A stretch of DNA of 64,000 bases from Eubacteriales bacterium. GTDB lineage: Bacteria; Bacillota; Clostridia; Oscillospirales; CAG-272. A program made the position numbers and the translations under genes. Numbering within the stretch: the stretch's first letter is position 1; each line of letters opens with the position of its first letter. The notes beneath the pieces are model-generated. The model had not been told where the DNA came from and ran no database searches. It saw only the letters and a list, made by a program, of their open reading frames with translations. The stretch is from contig JAZKYE010000012.1 of assembly GCA_045611965.1 (NCBI GenBank), positions 68,204 to 132,203 of the forward strand. Reading direction: 5' to 3'. Shown here in pieces: positions 36,543 through 45,943 of the stretch.

Positions 36543-37613
36543 TTAAAGAATTTCAATAAGCTCCTTGGTCGAGTGCGTGAAATTCATAACTCCATCTTCC
36601 TTGACGCATACCATATCCTCGATACGGCATCCGTATTTTCCGTACAGATAAATACCCGGCTCGACGGTAACTATTTCGTTTACGCGAAGCACTCTTCCCC
36701 TATTCTTCGAAGCAAGCCTTGGCGCCTCGTGAATGAAAAGACCGACACCGTGACCGAGCGAGTGACCGAATGCACCGCGATACTCATCGCACGCATCAAT
36801 AATATCTCTTGCAACCTTATCAGCATCTGCACAGTCAACGCCAGCCTTGATAAAATCAATAGCGGCAAGCTGTGCTGAAAGAACTGTGTTATAAAGCTTC
36901 TTGATTTCCGCATCTGCGCGTCCTATTACAACCGTTCTGGTCATATCCGAGCAGTATCCGTTGTAGCAAGCGCCAAAATCCATCGTGAGGAAGCCTGCTT
37001 TCAGCTTCACATTTCTCGGCACGCCGTGAGGAAGCGAGGACGCATCGCCCGAAACCGCAATTGTGTCAAACGCAAGTCCCGATGCACCGAGCTTTCTCAT
37101 ATTGTATTCAAGCTCTGCAGCGACCTCAATTTCAGTCATGCTCGGGCTGAGATTTTTAAGAAGCTGTGAGAATGCGGCATCGGTGATATCCTGCGCCTTC
37201 TGCATAAATGCAAGCTCTGCTTCATCCTTTACCTGACGAAGACATTCTATTTCATCCTTAATATTAACAAAGGTTACAAAGGGATATCTCTCGCAGTAGT
37301 CTGCATAGACGTCGTATGCAACGCTACCACCCTCAAAGCCTACCCTCGCTACGTCCTCATCACGAAGAAGCTTCGTAATCGCTTCCTTTCTATCCTCGGG
37401 CATAATGACCTCGTACTCCCCGAAGGCGTCCTTCTGCGCCATCTCATAGTATCTGAAATCTGTTATGAGATACGCCTTTGTTTTCGTGATAAGCAAAAGT
37501 CCGTCGGTAAAGGCAAAGCCGCAGAGGTAGCGGATATTAAGCTCGTCAAGAATTACAGCCGCGCCAATGCCAAGGGCATCAAAATCTTTTCTGAAGGCAT
37601 CTGTTCTGTTCAT
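36543..37613 (-). CDS. M24B family Xaa-Pro aminopeptidase/dipeptidase
   Basis: Metal ligands in DFGACYNGYCSDMTRT, HSLGHGVGLFIHE, TVEPGIY, RIEDM. Creatinase-like N-domain. The efp-adjacent position matches B. subtilis yqhT. Confidence 0.88.
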   Translation of the reverse strand: MNRTDAFRKDFDALGIGAAVILDELNIRYLCGFAFTDGLLLITKTKAYLITDFRYYEMAQKDAFGEYEVIMPEDRKEAITKLLRDEDVARVGFEGGSVAYDVYADYCERYPFVTFVNIKDEIECLRQVKDEAELAFMQKAQDITDAAFSQLLKNLSPSMTEIEVAAELEYNMRKLGASGLAFDTIAVSGDASSLPHGVPRNVKLKAGFLTMDFGACYNGYCSDMTRTVVIGRADAEIKKLYNTVLSAQLAAIDFIKAGVDCADADKVARDIIDACDEYRGAFGHSLGHGVGLFIHEAPRLASKNRGRVLRVNEIVTVEPGIYLYGKYGCRIEDMVCVKEDGVMNFTHSTKELIEIL

Positions 37614-38461
37614 ATTTTAGTTTTCTCCATAAAGTATTTTTTCATAAGAAGCGCGTCATCGGACTGCGTGCCGCTTGACTCGCATATTATAGTTGGCGAA
37701 AGTCCACCCTTGATAATCGCTTCTACAAGAGGCTCAAATTCAGGGCCGTAAACGGTATCTGCAAAGGTAAGATGCCTTTTCTCGCCCTTATCCGTCCATT
37801 CAATCTTTGAAAAATGGCAATGAAGGTTCTCTGCAACCCCGTTTCCGAATACACGGTCAATTTTGTCAAAGACACGCAGATAATCGTCGCTCGTAACAAA
37901 CACACCGCCAAGATCCCTTGCGTTGAGGTGTCCGAAATCAACCACGGGTACAAGAGAGGAATCAATTCTGCAAAGCTCAATTACCTCGTCAAGCGTACCG
38001 AGCTGATTCTGCTTGCCCATCGTTTCAAGACCGATTTTAACACCGTGTGTATCAACCTCTGAAAGTGCTCTGATAAGAGTATCGCCCGCAAGGCGCATAG
38101 CCTCGTCGCGTGAAATCTTTGATGCAGAGCCGGTATGTACCACAATAGTTTTAGCGCCGAGCAAATAAGCCGCATCAACGCTCTGACGAATATATCCTAT
38201 GCTCTTTAAGCGCTTTTCAGGATCAACGCCTGACAAGGATATAAAATAAGGTGCGTGAAAGCTCATCGCAATTCCGTGCTTCCTTGCTTCATCACCGATA
38301 GCGCTTAATGACGCAGGGCTTGCGGCAAGACCGTTTCCAGCCTCGTATTCATACGCGTCAAGTCCTATTGACGCACAAAATCTTGGCGCATCAAGCGTAG
38401 ATTTTCCGCCCCAAGGGGCGAATGAAGCGCTATTTCCGCCAGGTCCGAAAAGAGGTTTCAT
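37610..38461 (-). CDS. TIM-barrel AP-endonuclease family 2 protein (endonuclease IV-like)
   Basis: FHAPYFISL, VVHTGS, GLETMG, VVDFGHL and HCHFS...E are collinear with the Nfo metal-binding motifs but diverged. 4-nt overlaps with both neighbours. Confidence 0.6.
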   Translation of the reverse strand: MKPLFGPGGNSASFAPWGGKSTLDAPRFCASIGLDAYEYEAGNGLAASPASLSAIGDEARKHGIAMSFHAPYFISLSGVDPEKRLKSIGYIRQSVDAAYLLGAKTIVVHTGSASKISRDEAMRLAGDTLIRALSEVDTHGVKIGLETMGKQNQLGTLDEVIELCRIDSSLVPVVDFGHLNARDLGGVFVTSDDYLRVFDKIDRVFGNGVAENLHCHFSKIEWTDKGEKRHLTFADTVYGPEFEPLVEAIIKGGLSPTIICESSGTQSDDALLMKKYFMEKTKI

Positions 38462-38988
38462 TTTTTATCCGAAGCCACCTTGGCAGCTTTCCTTTCATAT
38501 TTCTTCAGAATAGGCTTTTCAAGCCATCTTTTTATGCGGGTAAGTAAATCGGTTTTATCCTTTATAGGTGGAACGAGTATTGCCCTGATACCTGCAAATC
38601 TCGCCGCAAGCACGTCGGTAAATACCTGATCCCCCATCATAACCGTATTCGTTTTGTCGGTGTTCATATCACGCATAGCGCGCTTTAAATTCTTTGCAAA
38701 CGGTTTTTTAGCCTTAGGATACGCAGGAAGGCTTAGCGTTTCGTTAAATAAATTAACGCGCTCGTGTCCGTTGTTAGAAACAAACGCCGCGGAAATTCCC
38801 GCCTCACGCAGGCTTTCAAGCCAAGCTACAACACCTTCACTCGGTCTTTCATTTTCATAAGGCTCAAGCGTATTGTCTATATCAAGAATGATACCTCGTA
38901 CGCCGATAGAGGTGAGAAACTCAGCGCTCGCCATATCAAAGGTATCAAACCTGAAATCAGGCATAAATGTAAAACCCAACTTCCCCAC
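38458..38988 (-). CDS. yqeG: YqeG family HAD-IIIA phosphatase
   Basis: GIILDIDNTL (motif I); VSNN; GDQVFTD. The start is ambiguous: listed GTG 38988, or TTG 38979 which is better spaced from the AAGGAG RBS. Confidence 0.85.
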   Translation of the reverse strand: MGKLGFTFMPDFRFDTFDMASAEFLTSIGVRGIILDIDNTLEPYENERPSEGVVAWLESLREAGISAAFVSNNGHERVNLFNETLSLPAYPKAKKPFAKNLKRAMRDMNTDKTNTVMMGDQVFTDVLAARFAGIRAILVPPIKDKTDLLTRIKRWLEKPILKKYERKAAKVASDKK

Positions 38989-39021
38989 TCCTTGCTCATT
39001 TTTCTTCGTAATTACCTATAT

Positions 39022-39050
39022 ATTTTATCAAAATACAAGCATTATGTCAA
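39022..39050 (-). promoter_or_regulatory. sigma-A type promoter of the yqeG operon
   Basis: Minus strand: TTGACA (39050-39045), 17 nt, TAAAAT (39027-39022) with TG extension. Confidence 0.55.
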
Positions 39051-39108
39051 TAGACATTTCTTCGCTACATCTTCAAATAAATTTTATTAAAAAACTTTCA
39101 AAAAACCC

Positions 39109-39137
39109 TTGACAAAGCAATTCCTTTGTGGTAATAT
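39109..39137 (+). promoter_or_regulatory. sigma-A type promoter of the tRNA-Gly/tRNA-Arg pair
   Basis: TTGACA (39109-39114), 17 nt, TAATAT (39132-39137) preceded by TG. An alternative TATAAT lies at 39135-39140. Confidence 0.55.
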
Positions 39138-39153
39138 AATATGGCTTGATTAT

Positions 39154-39227
<74 letters not shown>

Positions 39228-39231
39228 ATAC

Positions 39232-39307
39232 GCGCCCTTAGCTCAGTGGATAGAGTGCCCGGCTACGAACCGGTAGGTCGAAGGTTCGAATCCTCCAGGG
39301 CGCGCCA
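39232..39307 (+). tRNA. tRNA-Arg (anticodon ACG), CCA encoded
   Basis: Acceptor GCGCCCT/AGGGCGC; D-arm GCTCAGTGGATAGAG; anticodon loop CTACGAA; T-arm GAAGGTTCGAATCCTCC. Confidence 0.93.
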
Positions 39308-39309
39308 CT

Positions 39310-39346
39310 AAAAGACACGCTTATTTTTGTAAGCGTGTCTTTTTTT
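39310..39346. terminator. Terminator after the tRNA pair
   Basis: AAAGACACGCTTA-TTTTTG-TAAGCGTGTCTTT followed by TTTT. Confidence 0.85.
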
Positions 39347-39360
39347 GTATTTTGATTAAT

Positions 39361-39424
39361 AAGCACAGCTCATACCCGTGTTTGCCGTTAAGGATAATAC
39401 GCATATGAACTGTGCTTTTTGTTT
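39361..39424 (+). terminator. Second terminator-like long hairpin (13-bp stem, 31-nt loop, T-run)
   Basis: AAGCACAGCTCAT ... ATGAACTGTGCTT (one C-A mismatch) followed by TTTTTGTTT. Confidence 0.35.
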
Positions 39425-39460
39425 GATTATCGCGGCACAAATTAAGGGTGAGAAAATATA

Positions 39461-39499
39461 AAAAACTGCAACACAGACTTATTCTATGTTGCAGTTTTT
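39461..39499. terminator. Bidirectional hairpin; probable leuS terminator on the minus strand
   Basis: AAAAACTGCAACA-CAGACTTATTCTA-TGTTGCAGTTTTT. The minus-strand copy is followed by TTTTTTATATTTT. Confidence 0.6.
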
Positions 39500-39586
39500 C
39501 TTGTTTACTAATCTAAAACGGTATTTTCTCATTGATCAACTAAATATCCTTATGAGAACATGCGTTTAAGTTATCTTATTTACAGC

Positions 39587-39624
39587 TTGACCGAGCCCGT
39601 GCGCGTAAAGCGAGGCTCGGTCAA
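39587..39624. other. GC-rich hairpin 6 nt after the leuS stop, without a U-tail
   Basis: TTGACCGAGCC-(16 nt)-GGCTCGGTCAA, an 11-bp perfect stem. Confidence 0.5.
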
Positions 39625-39630
39625 AAATAT

Positions 39631-42033
39631 TTATTTTACAACTATGTTGATAATTTTGCCGGGAACGACGATTTCCTTAACGACAGTCTTTCCTTCGATT
39701 GCAGATGCAATTTTCTCATCCGCCTTAGCAATAGCAAGGACTGTGTCCTTGTCTGCCTCTCTCGGAATGCTTACGGTAGAACGAACCTTGCCGTTTATCT
39801 GAACGGGAACGGTCAGCGTATCGTCAACGGTCTTGCTCTCGTCATACTCAGGCCATTTTGCAAGAGAGATAATCGCAGTTCCGCCAAGAAGCTCGCACAC
39901 CTCCTCTGCAAGGTGAGGTGCGAAGGGCGAAAGAAGCGTCGCAAAGGTCATAAGCTCGTCCTTTGTGATCTTACCAACCTCGTAAACGGTGTTAAGAGTA
40001 CCCATCATTGCGGCAATCGCGGTATTGAAGCGCATATTGTCAATATCCTGCGTTACCTTCTTTATAAGCTTATGCATAGGTGCTTCAAGCTCAGGGGTAA
40101 CACCCTCGCCACTTGCGATTTCGACAAGATTCATAAAGCGCTCAAGAAATCTCTTACAGCCCTTGATCGACTGGGGATTCCAGGGTGCGCTCTGCTCAAA
40201 GTCACCGATAAACATCTCGTAAAGACGCATAGTGTCAGCGCCGTAATCTCTGATAATATCGTCGGGATTTACGACGTTTCCGCGTGATTTTGACATCTTT
40301 TCGCCATTTTCACCGAGAATCATACCGTGGCTGGTACGCTTTGCGTAAGGTTCATTTACAGCAAGGATATCAATATCAAAGAGGAACTTTGACCAGAATC
40401 TTGAATAAAGAAGGTGAAGCGTGGTGTGCTCCATACCGCCGTTGTACCAGTCAACGGGCATCCAATATTCAAGCGCCTCGCGGGATGCAAGTGCATCATT
40501 GTTGTCAGGATCGCAGTAGCGAAGGAAGTACCACGACGAGCCTGCCCACTGAGGCATAGTATCGGTTTCTCTCTTAGCCTTACCGCCACACTTGGGGCAA
40601 GAGCAATTAACCCAATCGGTCATAAGCGAAAGGGGTGACTCACCGTTTTCGGTGGGCTCATAGGAATCTACTTCAGGAAGCTCAAGAGGAAGCTGATCCT
40701 CGGGGATAGCAACCCAGCCGCACTTCTCACACTCTACAAGAGGAATAGGCTCGCCCCAGTATCTCTGACGCGAGAATACCCAGTCACGAAGCTTAAAGTT
40801 TATCTTTTCCTCGCCAAGTCCGTTTTCTTTAAGGAAAGCGATCATTGCCGCCTTTGCGTCCTCAACCTCAAGTCCGTTAAGAAATCCCGAATTAACGAGC
40901 TTGCCGGTTTCGGTATCGGTAAATGCCGCCTCGTTTACATTACCGCCCTCAACGACCTCGATGATAGGAAGATCAAACTTCTTTGCAAAATCAAAGTCAC
41001 GCTCGTCGTGTGCGGGAACTGCCATAATAGCCCCCGTGCCGTAGCCTGCGAGTACGTAGTCAGAAATAAAGATGGGAATTTCAAGTCCGGTTGCGGGGTT
41101 GATAGCATTAACGCCGTTAAGACGCACGCCTGTCTTTTCCTTAACAAGCTCGGTTCTCTCAAAGTCGCTCTTGCGAGCCGCCTCTGCCTTATAGCTTTCG
41201 ATCTCGTCAAGGTTGGTAAGCATATCCTTCCACTTTGCAATTACTGCGTGCTCGGGCGCGATAACCATATAGGTAGCACCGAAGAGCGTATCGCATCTTG
41301 TGGTATAAACGCGAAGCTTATCACCTGCGGTGGTATTGAAGTCAATTTCTGCGCCACGCGACTTGCCTATCCAGTTTATCTGCTGAGTCTTGACGCGTTC
41401 TATGTAGTCAAGACCGCCAAGATCGTCGATAAGACGCTCTGCATACTCGGTAATTTTAAGCATCCACTGGCTCTTTACCTTTCTTATAACAGCCGACGCA
41501 CAACGCTCACAAACTCCGTTTACAACCTCTTCGTTAGCAAGAACGACCTTACAGCTCGTGCAGAAGTTTACCGCCATTTCCTTTTTGTATGCAAGACCGC
41601 GCTTAAAGAGCTGAACAAAAATCCACTGTGTCCACTTGTAATACTCGGGATCGGTGGTGTTTATCTCTCTTGACCAGTCAAAGGAAAGACCAAGCGCTTT
41701 AAGCTGTGACTTAAATCTCGCAACATTTCTCTCAGTAACAATCTTCGGATGAATTTTGTTCTTAATAGCATAGTTCTCGGTAGGCAGACCGAACGCATCC
41801 CAGCCCATCGGGAAAAGAACGTTATAGCCCTGCATTCTCTTTTTTCTTGAAACGATGTCAAGGGCTGTATAGGGACGGGGGTGTCCTACGTGAAGTCCCT
41901 GACCCGAGGGGTACGGGAACTCAACGAGCGTGTAATACTTGGGAAGAGTAAAGTCCTGCTTTGCACAGAAAGCATTTTCATCATCCCATCTTTTTTGCCA
42001 TTTTGTTTCAATAGACTTGTAATCGTAAACCAT
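39631..42033 (-). CDS. leuS: Leucyl-tRNA synthetase
   Basis: HIGH motif GLHVGHP; KMSKS; CP1 editing domain; 800 aa. Confidence 0.97.
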   Translation of the reverse strand: MVYDYKSIETKWQKRWDDENAFCAKQDFTLPKYYTLVEFPYPSGQGLHVGHPRPYTALDIVSRKKRMQGYNVLFPMGWDAFGLPTENYAIKNKIHPKIVTERNVARFKSQLKALGLSFDWSREINTTDPEYYKWTQWIFVQLFKRGLAYKKEMAVNFCTSCKVVLANEEVVNGVCERCASAVIRKVKSQWMLKITEYAERLIDDLGGLDYIERVKTQQINWIGKSRGAEIDFNTTAGDKLRVYTTRCDTLFGATYMVIAPEHAVIAKWKDMLTNLDEIESYKAEAARKSDFERTELVKEKTGVRLNGVNAINPATGLEIPIFISDYVLAGYGTGAIMAVPAHDERDFDFAKKFDLPIIEVVEGGNVNEAAFTDTETGKLVNSGFLNGLEVEDAKAAMIAFLKENGLGEEKINFKLRDWVFSRQRYWGEPIPLVECEKCGWVAIPEDQLPLELPEVDSYEPTENGESPLSLMTDWVNCSCPKCGGKAKRETDTMPQWAGSSWYFLRYCDPDNNDALASREALEYWMPVDWYNGGMEHTTLHLLYSRFWSKFLFDIDILAVNEPYAKRTSHGMILGENGEKMSKSRGNVVNPDDIIRDYGADTMRLYEMFIGDFEQSAPWNPQSIKGCKRFLERFMNLVEIASGEGVTPELEAPMHKLIKKVTQDIDNMRFNTAIAAMMGTLNTVYEVGKITKDELMTFATLLSPFAPHLAEEVCELLGGTAIISLAKWPEYDESKTVDDTLTVPVQINGKVRSTVSIPREADKDTVLAIAKADEKIASAIEGKTVVKEIVVPGKIINIVVK

Positions 42034-42066
42034 TGTTTATATATCCTCTTGTTTTAATAATCTGAA

Positions 42067-42468
42067 TTATACTGAAAACTTTTCATCAACCTCACGAACA
42101 AGGTCGGAAATATCTACAAGACACTCTGCCGCCATAAGTCGGTCGTGATTATAGTATGAGCGAGCCTGCTCGTCAAAAAGATTAACGATAACATCGCCAA
42201 AATCAACGAGTATCCACGAGTTACCGCGCTTGCCCTCAACACGAAGAGCCTCGATGCTTAGGGTCTGGAAATGCTCGATAAGATCATCAGAAAGTGATGC
42301 GGTATGCGTCAGCGAGCGTCCGGTTGCGTTAACGTAAAAATCGCAGATACCGCTTGATTCCTTGACCTCATAGAGCTTTATGTCACACGCCTTCTTTGCA
42401 AGCAGTAGCTTAACGGCTTCCCTTGCCTTGGCATCTGAGTCAAGTGAGATTAAAACATTATTATTCAA
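42067..42468 (-). CDS. rsfS: Ribosome silencing factor RsfS (iojap)
   Basis: KKACDIKLYEV....CDFYVNATGRS..H; WILVDFGDVIVNLF..E.R.YY. Confidence 0.9.
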   Translation of the reverse strand: MNNNVLISLDSDAKAREAVKLLLAKKACDIKLYEVKESSGICDFYVNATGRSLTHTASLSDDLIEHFQTLSIEALRVEGKRGNSWILVDFGDVIVNLFDEQARSYYNHDRLMAAECLVDISDLVREVDEKFSV

Positions 42469-42493
42469 AATGTCCCCTCCTTAAAAAATTAGC

Positions 42494-43474
42494 TTATTTT
42501 GGTGAAAGCGGTATATCCTTCACCGTTTCATTAGAATATTCCGCAAATTTCAGATCAGTACTGAAATAAACCCTCGAAAACTCCGCTTCGTCAGGCTTTA
42601 ACATTTTTTTATCTAGGTCAAAGGGCTTTGTCGCGAACATATAGCGCGATGTCACCTGCGAGCCCGTCAGACGGTTTACAGCGTAATACGAAACTCCGCT
42701 ACTCGAAAGCACTGCCTCACCCGGGAGAGTTACGAAATGGCTTGTAGCACCGTCAGGGTTCCTGCTCGTAAAGAGCATCTGTACAAGACTTATCAGCTTA
42801 AGGTCACTGAATGCCCCCGACTGAAGTATGCCGGCAAGACGAAGTAACGTGGGTAATGTTACACTTTTTGAGAGCTTTGCAAATATTGCGTTAAGAAAAA
42901 TCTTTTGTGCATCAATTCTGCCAAGATCCTGCGTTGCATAGCCCTTTCTGAATCTGACAAAGCCTACCGCAGCCTTTGAATCAACCGTATTTACCCCCTC
43001 TTTTAGGTAAATAGGCTCTTCTCCGTCAAGCTCAATCGTCATAGGTGACGAGAGCGTTATTTCAATACCGCCAAGAGCGTCAACTATTTTCAGAAACGAC
43101 TCTACGGTAATTGCAATATATCCGTCAAAATCCGCGCCAAGCGTGAGCGTAAGCGATTCCCTTAACCGCTTCATAGAGTCAAGCTCGGTTTTGCCCTCGC
43201 TTCTTTGCGATGAGAAGATCTGATTAATTTTATTCTGACTTTTACCAAAATTAAAATAGGTGTCACGCGGTATCTGGCACACATAGACCTCTGATGCGGC
43301 AGTATCTATACCCACCGTAAACAGCACATCCGTGTTCTGCCCTGCTTCATCAAGACCGGCTACTAAAAATAAATATTTTCCGTTTGCCATACAGGACTCA
43401 TTTTTTGGGCGAGCCGTACAGCCAACAAGTATTATACATACAAGAATAATTGCTATAACTTTTATAATTTTCAT
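42494..43474 (-). CDS. LytR-CpsA-Psr (LCP) family protein, apparently lipoprotein-anchored
   Basis: LFLVAGLDEAG.NTDVLF; IPRDTY; GGIEITL; R.R......D..R core motifs. The N-terminus IILVCIILVG-C carries a lipobox. Confidence 0.8.
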   Translation of the reverse strand: MKIIKVIAIILVCIILVGCTARPKNESCMANGKYLFLVAGLDEAGQNTDVLFTVGIDTAASEVYVCQIPRDTYFNFGKSQNKINQIFSSQRSEGKTELDSMKRLRESLTLTLGADFDGYIAITVESFLKIVDALGGIEITLSSPMTIELDGEEPIYLKEGVNTVDSKAAVGFVRFRKGYATQDLGRIDAQKIFLNAIFAKLSKSVTLPTLLRLAGILQSGAFSDLKLISLVQMLFTSRNPDGATSHFVTLPGEAVLSSSGVSYYAVNRLTGSQVTSRYMFATKPFDLDKKMLKPDEAEFSRVYFSTDLKFAEYSNETVKDIPLSPK

Positions 43475-43519
43475 AACGCAAACCTCACTTTAAATGTAGT
43501 TTGCGCGAAAAATACAAGA

Positions 43520-44137
43520 TTACATTTGTAAAATTTGCTCTTTCAGGAATTTTTCACATTCAAGTGTTTTGGGATTTACGAAAGCACCCTTTGCTTCAAG
43601 AAATTCCTTTGTTTTTAATACTGCAATGAGGCAAGCCTCATAAAGTCTTTTAACTCTACCCTTAAAATCAAGGCTTTGCATCCCTGAAAAAAGGAAGTCA
43701 TAAACCTCACGGCAGGGCGGTGCTACTCTTAATGGCTCGCAGTAGTCGCTGACAAAAATGATAAGGTCAAGAAGCGACATATCATAATCGCCAACCGTAT
43801 GCTTTCTCACCGCTGAAAGTATCTTTTCGGTAGCAAAGCGCGGAAAATCACGCAAAATAACCTTTTCTGCCGAAAACGAATGAAGAATTTGAGGCGATGC
43901 AAGATCGGTAGCATCTACCTCACCGATGAGGGAAATATGCTCGTCAGCACCTAATTCCTTCGTAATATCGTGCAGCAGCGCCGCCGCGCGAGCCTCGTTT
44001 TTATTCTCGGGGATTATCAGCGACGATAGCTCTTGCGCGCACCCTTCAACCGACAGGGTGTGCATATAACGCTTCTCGGTCAACCTACTCTTAATATCTT
44101 TGCGAAGTATATCAAGCTCATTATCGGTGATATTCAT
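43520..44137 (-). CDS. yqeK: HD-domain protein YqeK (bis(5'-nucleosyl)-tetraphosphatase family)
   Basis: RYMHTLSV....A; ALLHDITKE (HD). Sits immediately downstream of nadD with a 1-nt overlap. Confidence 0.88.
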   Translation of the reverse strand: MNITDNELDILRKDIKSRLTEKRYMHTLSVEGCAQELSSLIIPENKNEARAAALLHDITKELGADEHISLIGEVDATDLASPQILHSFSAEKVILRDFPRFATEKILSAVRKHTVGDYDMSLLDLIIFVSDYCEPLRVAPPCREVYDFLFSGMQSLDFKGRVKRLYEACLIAVLKTKEFLEAKGAFVNPKTLECEKFLKEQILQM

Positions 44138-44739
44138 CAGGAATAAAGCCCCCTATGCCTGATATACTCATACACCTCGGGTGACAGAAACGACGAGGCA
44201 TCCTCGCCGGCCTTAATCATATCTCTTATTTTAGTTGAGGATATTTCCAAGGCTTCCTGCTCGATGGCAATTATATTTATGCCGTAGGTTTCTTTAAGAT
44301 ATTTTATCTTCTTCTCTACTGCGCGGGAAAGATTTTTGTCATCCTCACGCCTGACATAGCAGATAGAGGCATACTCGAATATCTTTTCGGGGCATTTCCA
44401 CTCGTCTATCGTGAGAAGCATATCCGTCCCGACAAGAAAATAAAGCATCGAATCTGCAGAATGAAGCTCTTCGAGGGTAACATAGGTATAGCTTTTGCCG
44501 CCCCTCTTAATCTCAATATCCGATATTTCGGCATTTGGTAGCGAAGCGAATGCTAACTCACACATACGAAGCCTGTCGTCGCCCTCGGTAAAATCCGTTT
44601 GCTCCTTATGAGGCGGAATTGCCGATGGAATTATTATAACCTTATCGGCATTAATTACCTCTGCAAAAGACCTTGCGGACATTATATGTCCGAGGTGAGG
44701 CGGATTAAAGCTTCCGCCAAAAACAGCTACTCGTTTCAT
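44137..44739 (-). CDS. nadD: Nicotinate-nucleotide adenylyltransferase
   Basis: FGGSFNPPHLGH; ISSTKIR. Confidence 0.94.
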   Translation of the reverse strand: MKRVAVFGGSFNPPHLGHIMSARSFAEVINADKVIIIPSAIPPHKEQTDFTEGDDRLRMCELAFASLPNAEISDIEIKRGGKSYTYVTLEELHSADSMLYFLVGTDMLLTIDEWKCPEKIFEYASICYVRREDDKNLSRAVEKKIKYLKETYGINIIAIEQEALEISSTKIRDMIKAGEDASSFLSPEVYEYIRHRGLYS

Positions 44740-45026
44740 TTCAGCTCAATTCTCTTCTTTTTCTTTGATTCCTTGTATAAAACGAATTTAGAGCCGACGC
44801 AGGAAACGACGTCGCATCCTATCTCTTCTGCAATTTCATTTGCCGCTTCTTTAGCTGTATATCCGCTGTTTTCAAGAACTCTTGCCTTTATCAGCTCGCG
44901 CGCTTCAAGCGCATTTTCTATTTGCTTAACGGTTTCCTCGGATATGCCGCCCTTGCCAATTTGAAAAATAGTATCAAGATGCTGCGAAAGCGAGCGAAGG
45001 TAAGCACGGTTTTTTGAGCTTATCAT
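44736..45026 (-). CDS. yhbY: RNA-binding protein YhbY (CRM domain; B. subtilis YqeI)
   Basis: LRSLSQHL....QIGKGGI...V..I..AL...ELIK. Confidence 0.88.
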   Translation of the reverse strand: MISSKNRAYLRSLSQHLDTIFQIGKGGISEETVKQIENALEARELIKARVLENSGYTAKEAANEIAEEIGCDVVSCVGSKFVLYKESKKKKRIELK

Positions 45027-45943
45027 CAGAGATCACCGCCTTCAAACAGAGCCGAGGCAAATTCCTCTGCGGAAAATGGCTTCATATCGTCAATCTGCTC
45101 GCCAACGCCGATGAATTTAACGGGAATACCGATTTCTTTTTTAATTGAGATGATAATTCCACCCTTTGCGGTGCCGTCAAGTTTCGTAAGGATAAGACCC
45201 GTAAGGTCAGCGGTATCCTTAAACTCTCTTGCCTGAATAACCGCATTTTGTCCTGTTGTTGCATCGAGAACGAGCAGGGTTTCCTTTGCCGCGTCAGGAA
45301 GCTCTCTTGCGATAACTCTGTTAATCTTGGCAAGCTCGTCCATAAGATTTTTCTTGTTGTGAAGTCTGCCTGCCGTATCAATTATAAGAACGTCAGCGCC
45401 TCTTGATTTTACAGCGCCTATTGCGTCAAACACAACTGCCGCAGGGTCTGCACCTGCGCCCTGCTTGACGATATCGACCTTGGCGCGCTCACACCAGACG
45501 GTAAGCTGCTCTGCCGCCGCCGCTCTGAAGGTATCTGCCGCCGCAACGACAACCTTTTTGCCCTGAGATCTCAATTCCTTTGAAATCTTACCAATCGAGG
45601 TGGTCTTTCCAACACCGTTGACGCCCACGACGAGTATTACGGACGGCTTTGTAGAAAGATTAAGCGGCTGATGCTCACCTATCATATCACGAAGCATATC
45701 AAAGAGCCTCGATCTTATCTCCATAGGATCCTTGATATTATTGTCAATCGCTTCCTCTCTTAGTGTATCGAGAATTTCCATAGTGGTATTGACACCGATA
45801 TCCGCAGAAATAAGAAGCTCCTCAAGTTCGTCAAAAAGTTCCTCATCAACCTTTCTGAACTTCTTGAAAAGTCCGTCAATTTTCGACACGAGAGCATCCT
45901 TGGTTTTAGCAAGCCCTCTTTTAAGTAAATCAAAGAACCCCAT
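45026..45943 (-). CDS. ftsY: Signal recognition particle receptor FtsY (short form, NG domain only)
   Basis: GVNGVGKTTSIGK; DTAGRLH; TKLDGTAKGG. Confidence 0.95.
   Translation of the reverse strand: MGFFDLLKRGLAKTKDALVSKIDGLFKKFRKVDEELFDELEELLISADIGVNTTMEILDTLREEAIDNNIKDPMEIRSRLFDMLRDMIGEHQPLNLSTKPSVILVVGVNGVGKTTSIGKISKELRSQGKKVVVAAADTFRAAAAEQLTVWCERAKVDIVKQGAGADPAAVVFDAIGAVKSRGADVLIIDTAGRLHNKKNLMDELAKINRVIARELPDAAKETLLVLDATTGQNAVIQAREFKDTADLTGLILTKLDGTAKGGIIISIKKEIGIPVKFIGVGEQIDDMKPFSAEEFASALFEGGDL

Noticed and set aside
39405-39458. 17-codon ORF MNCAFCLIIAAQIKGEKI, a possible type I toxin-like peptide.
   Set aside because: It is too short, has only a weak AAGGA at marginal spacing, and its start is embedded in a hairpin arm. 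There is no antisense RNA promoter and no evidence beyond an open frame.
42034-42066. Looked for a T-box leader upstream of leuS.
   Set aside because: Only 33 nt separate leuS from rsfS, so there is no room for a T-box. leuS appears to be co-transcribed with the yhbY-nadD-yqeK-LCP-rsfS genes.
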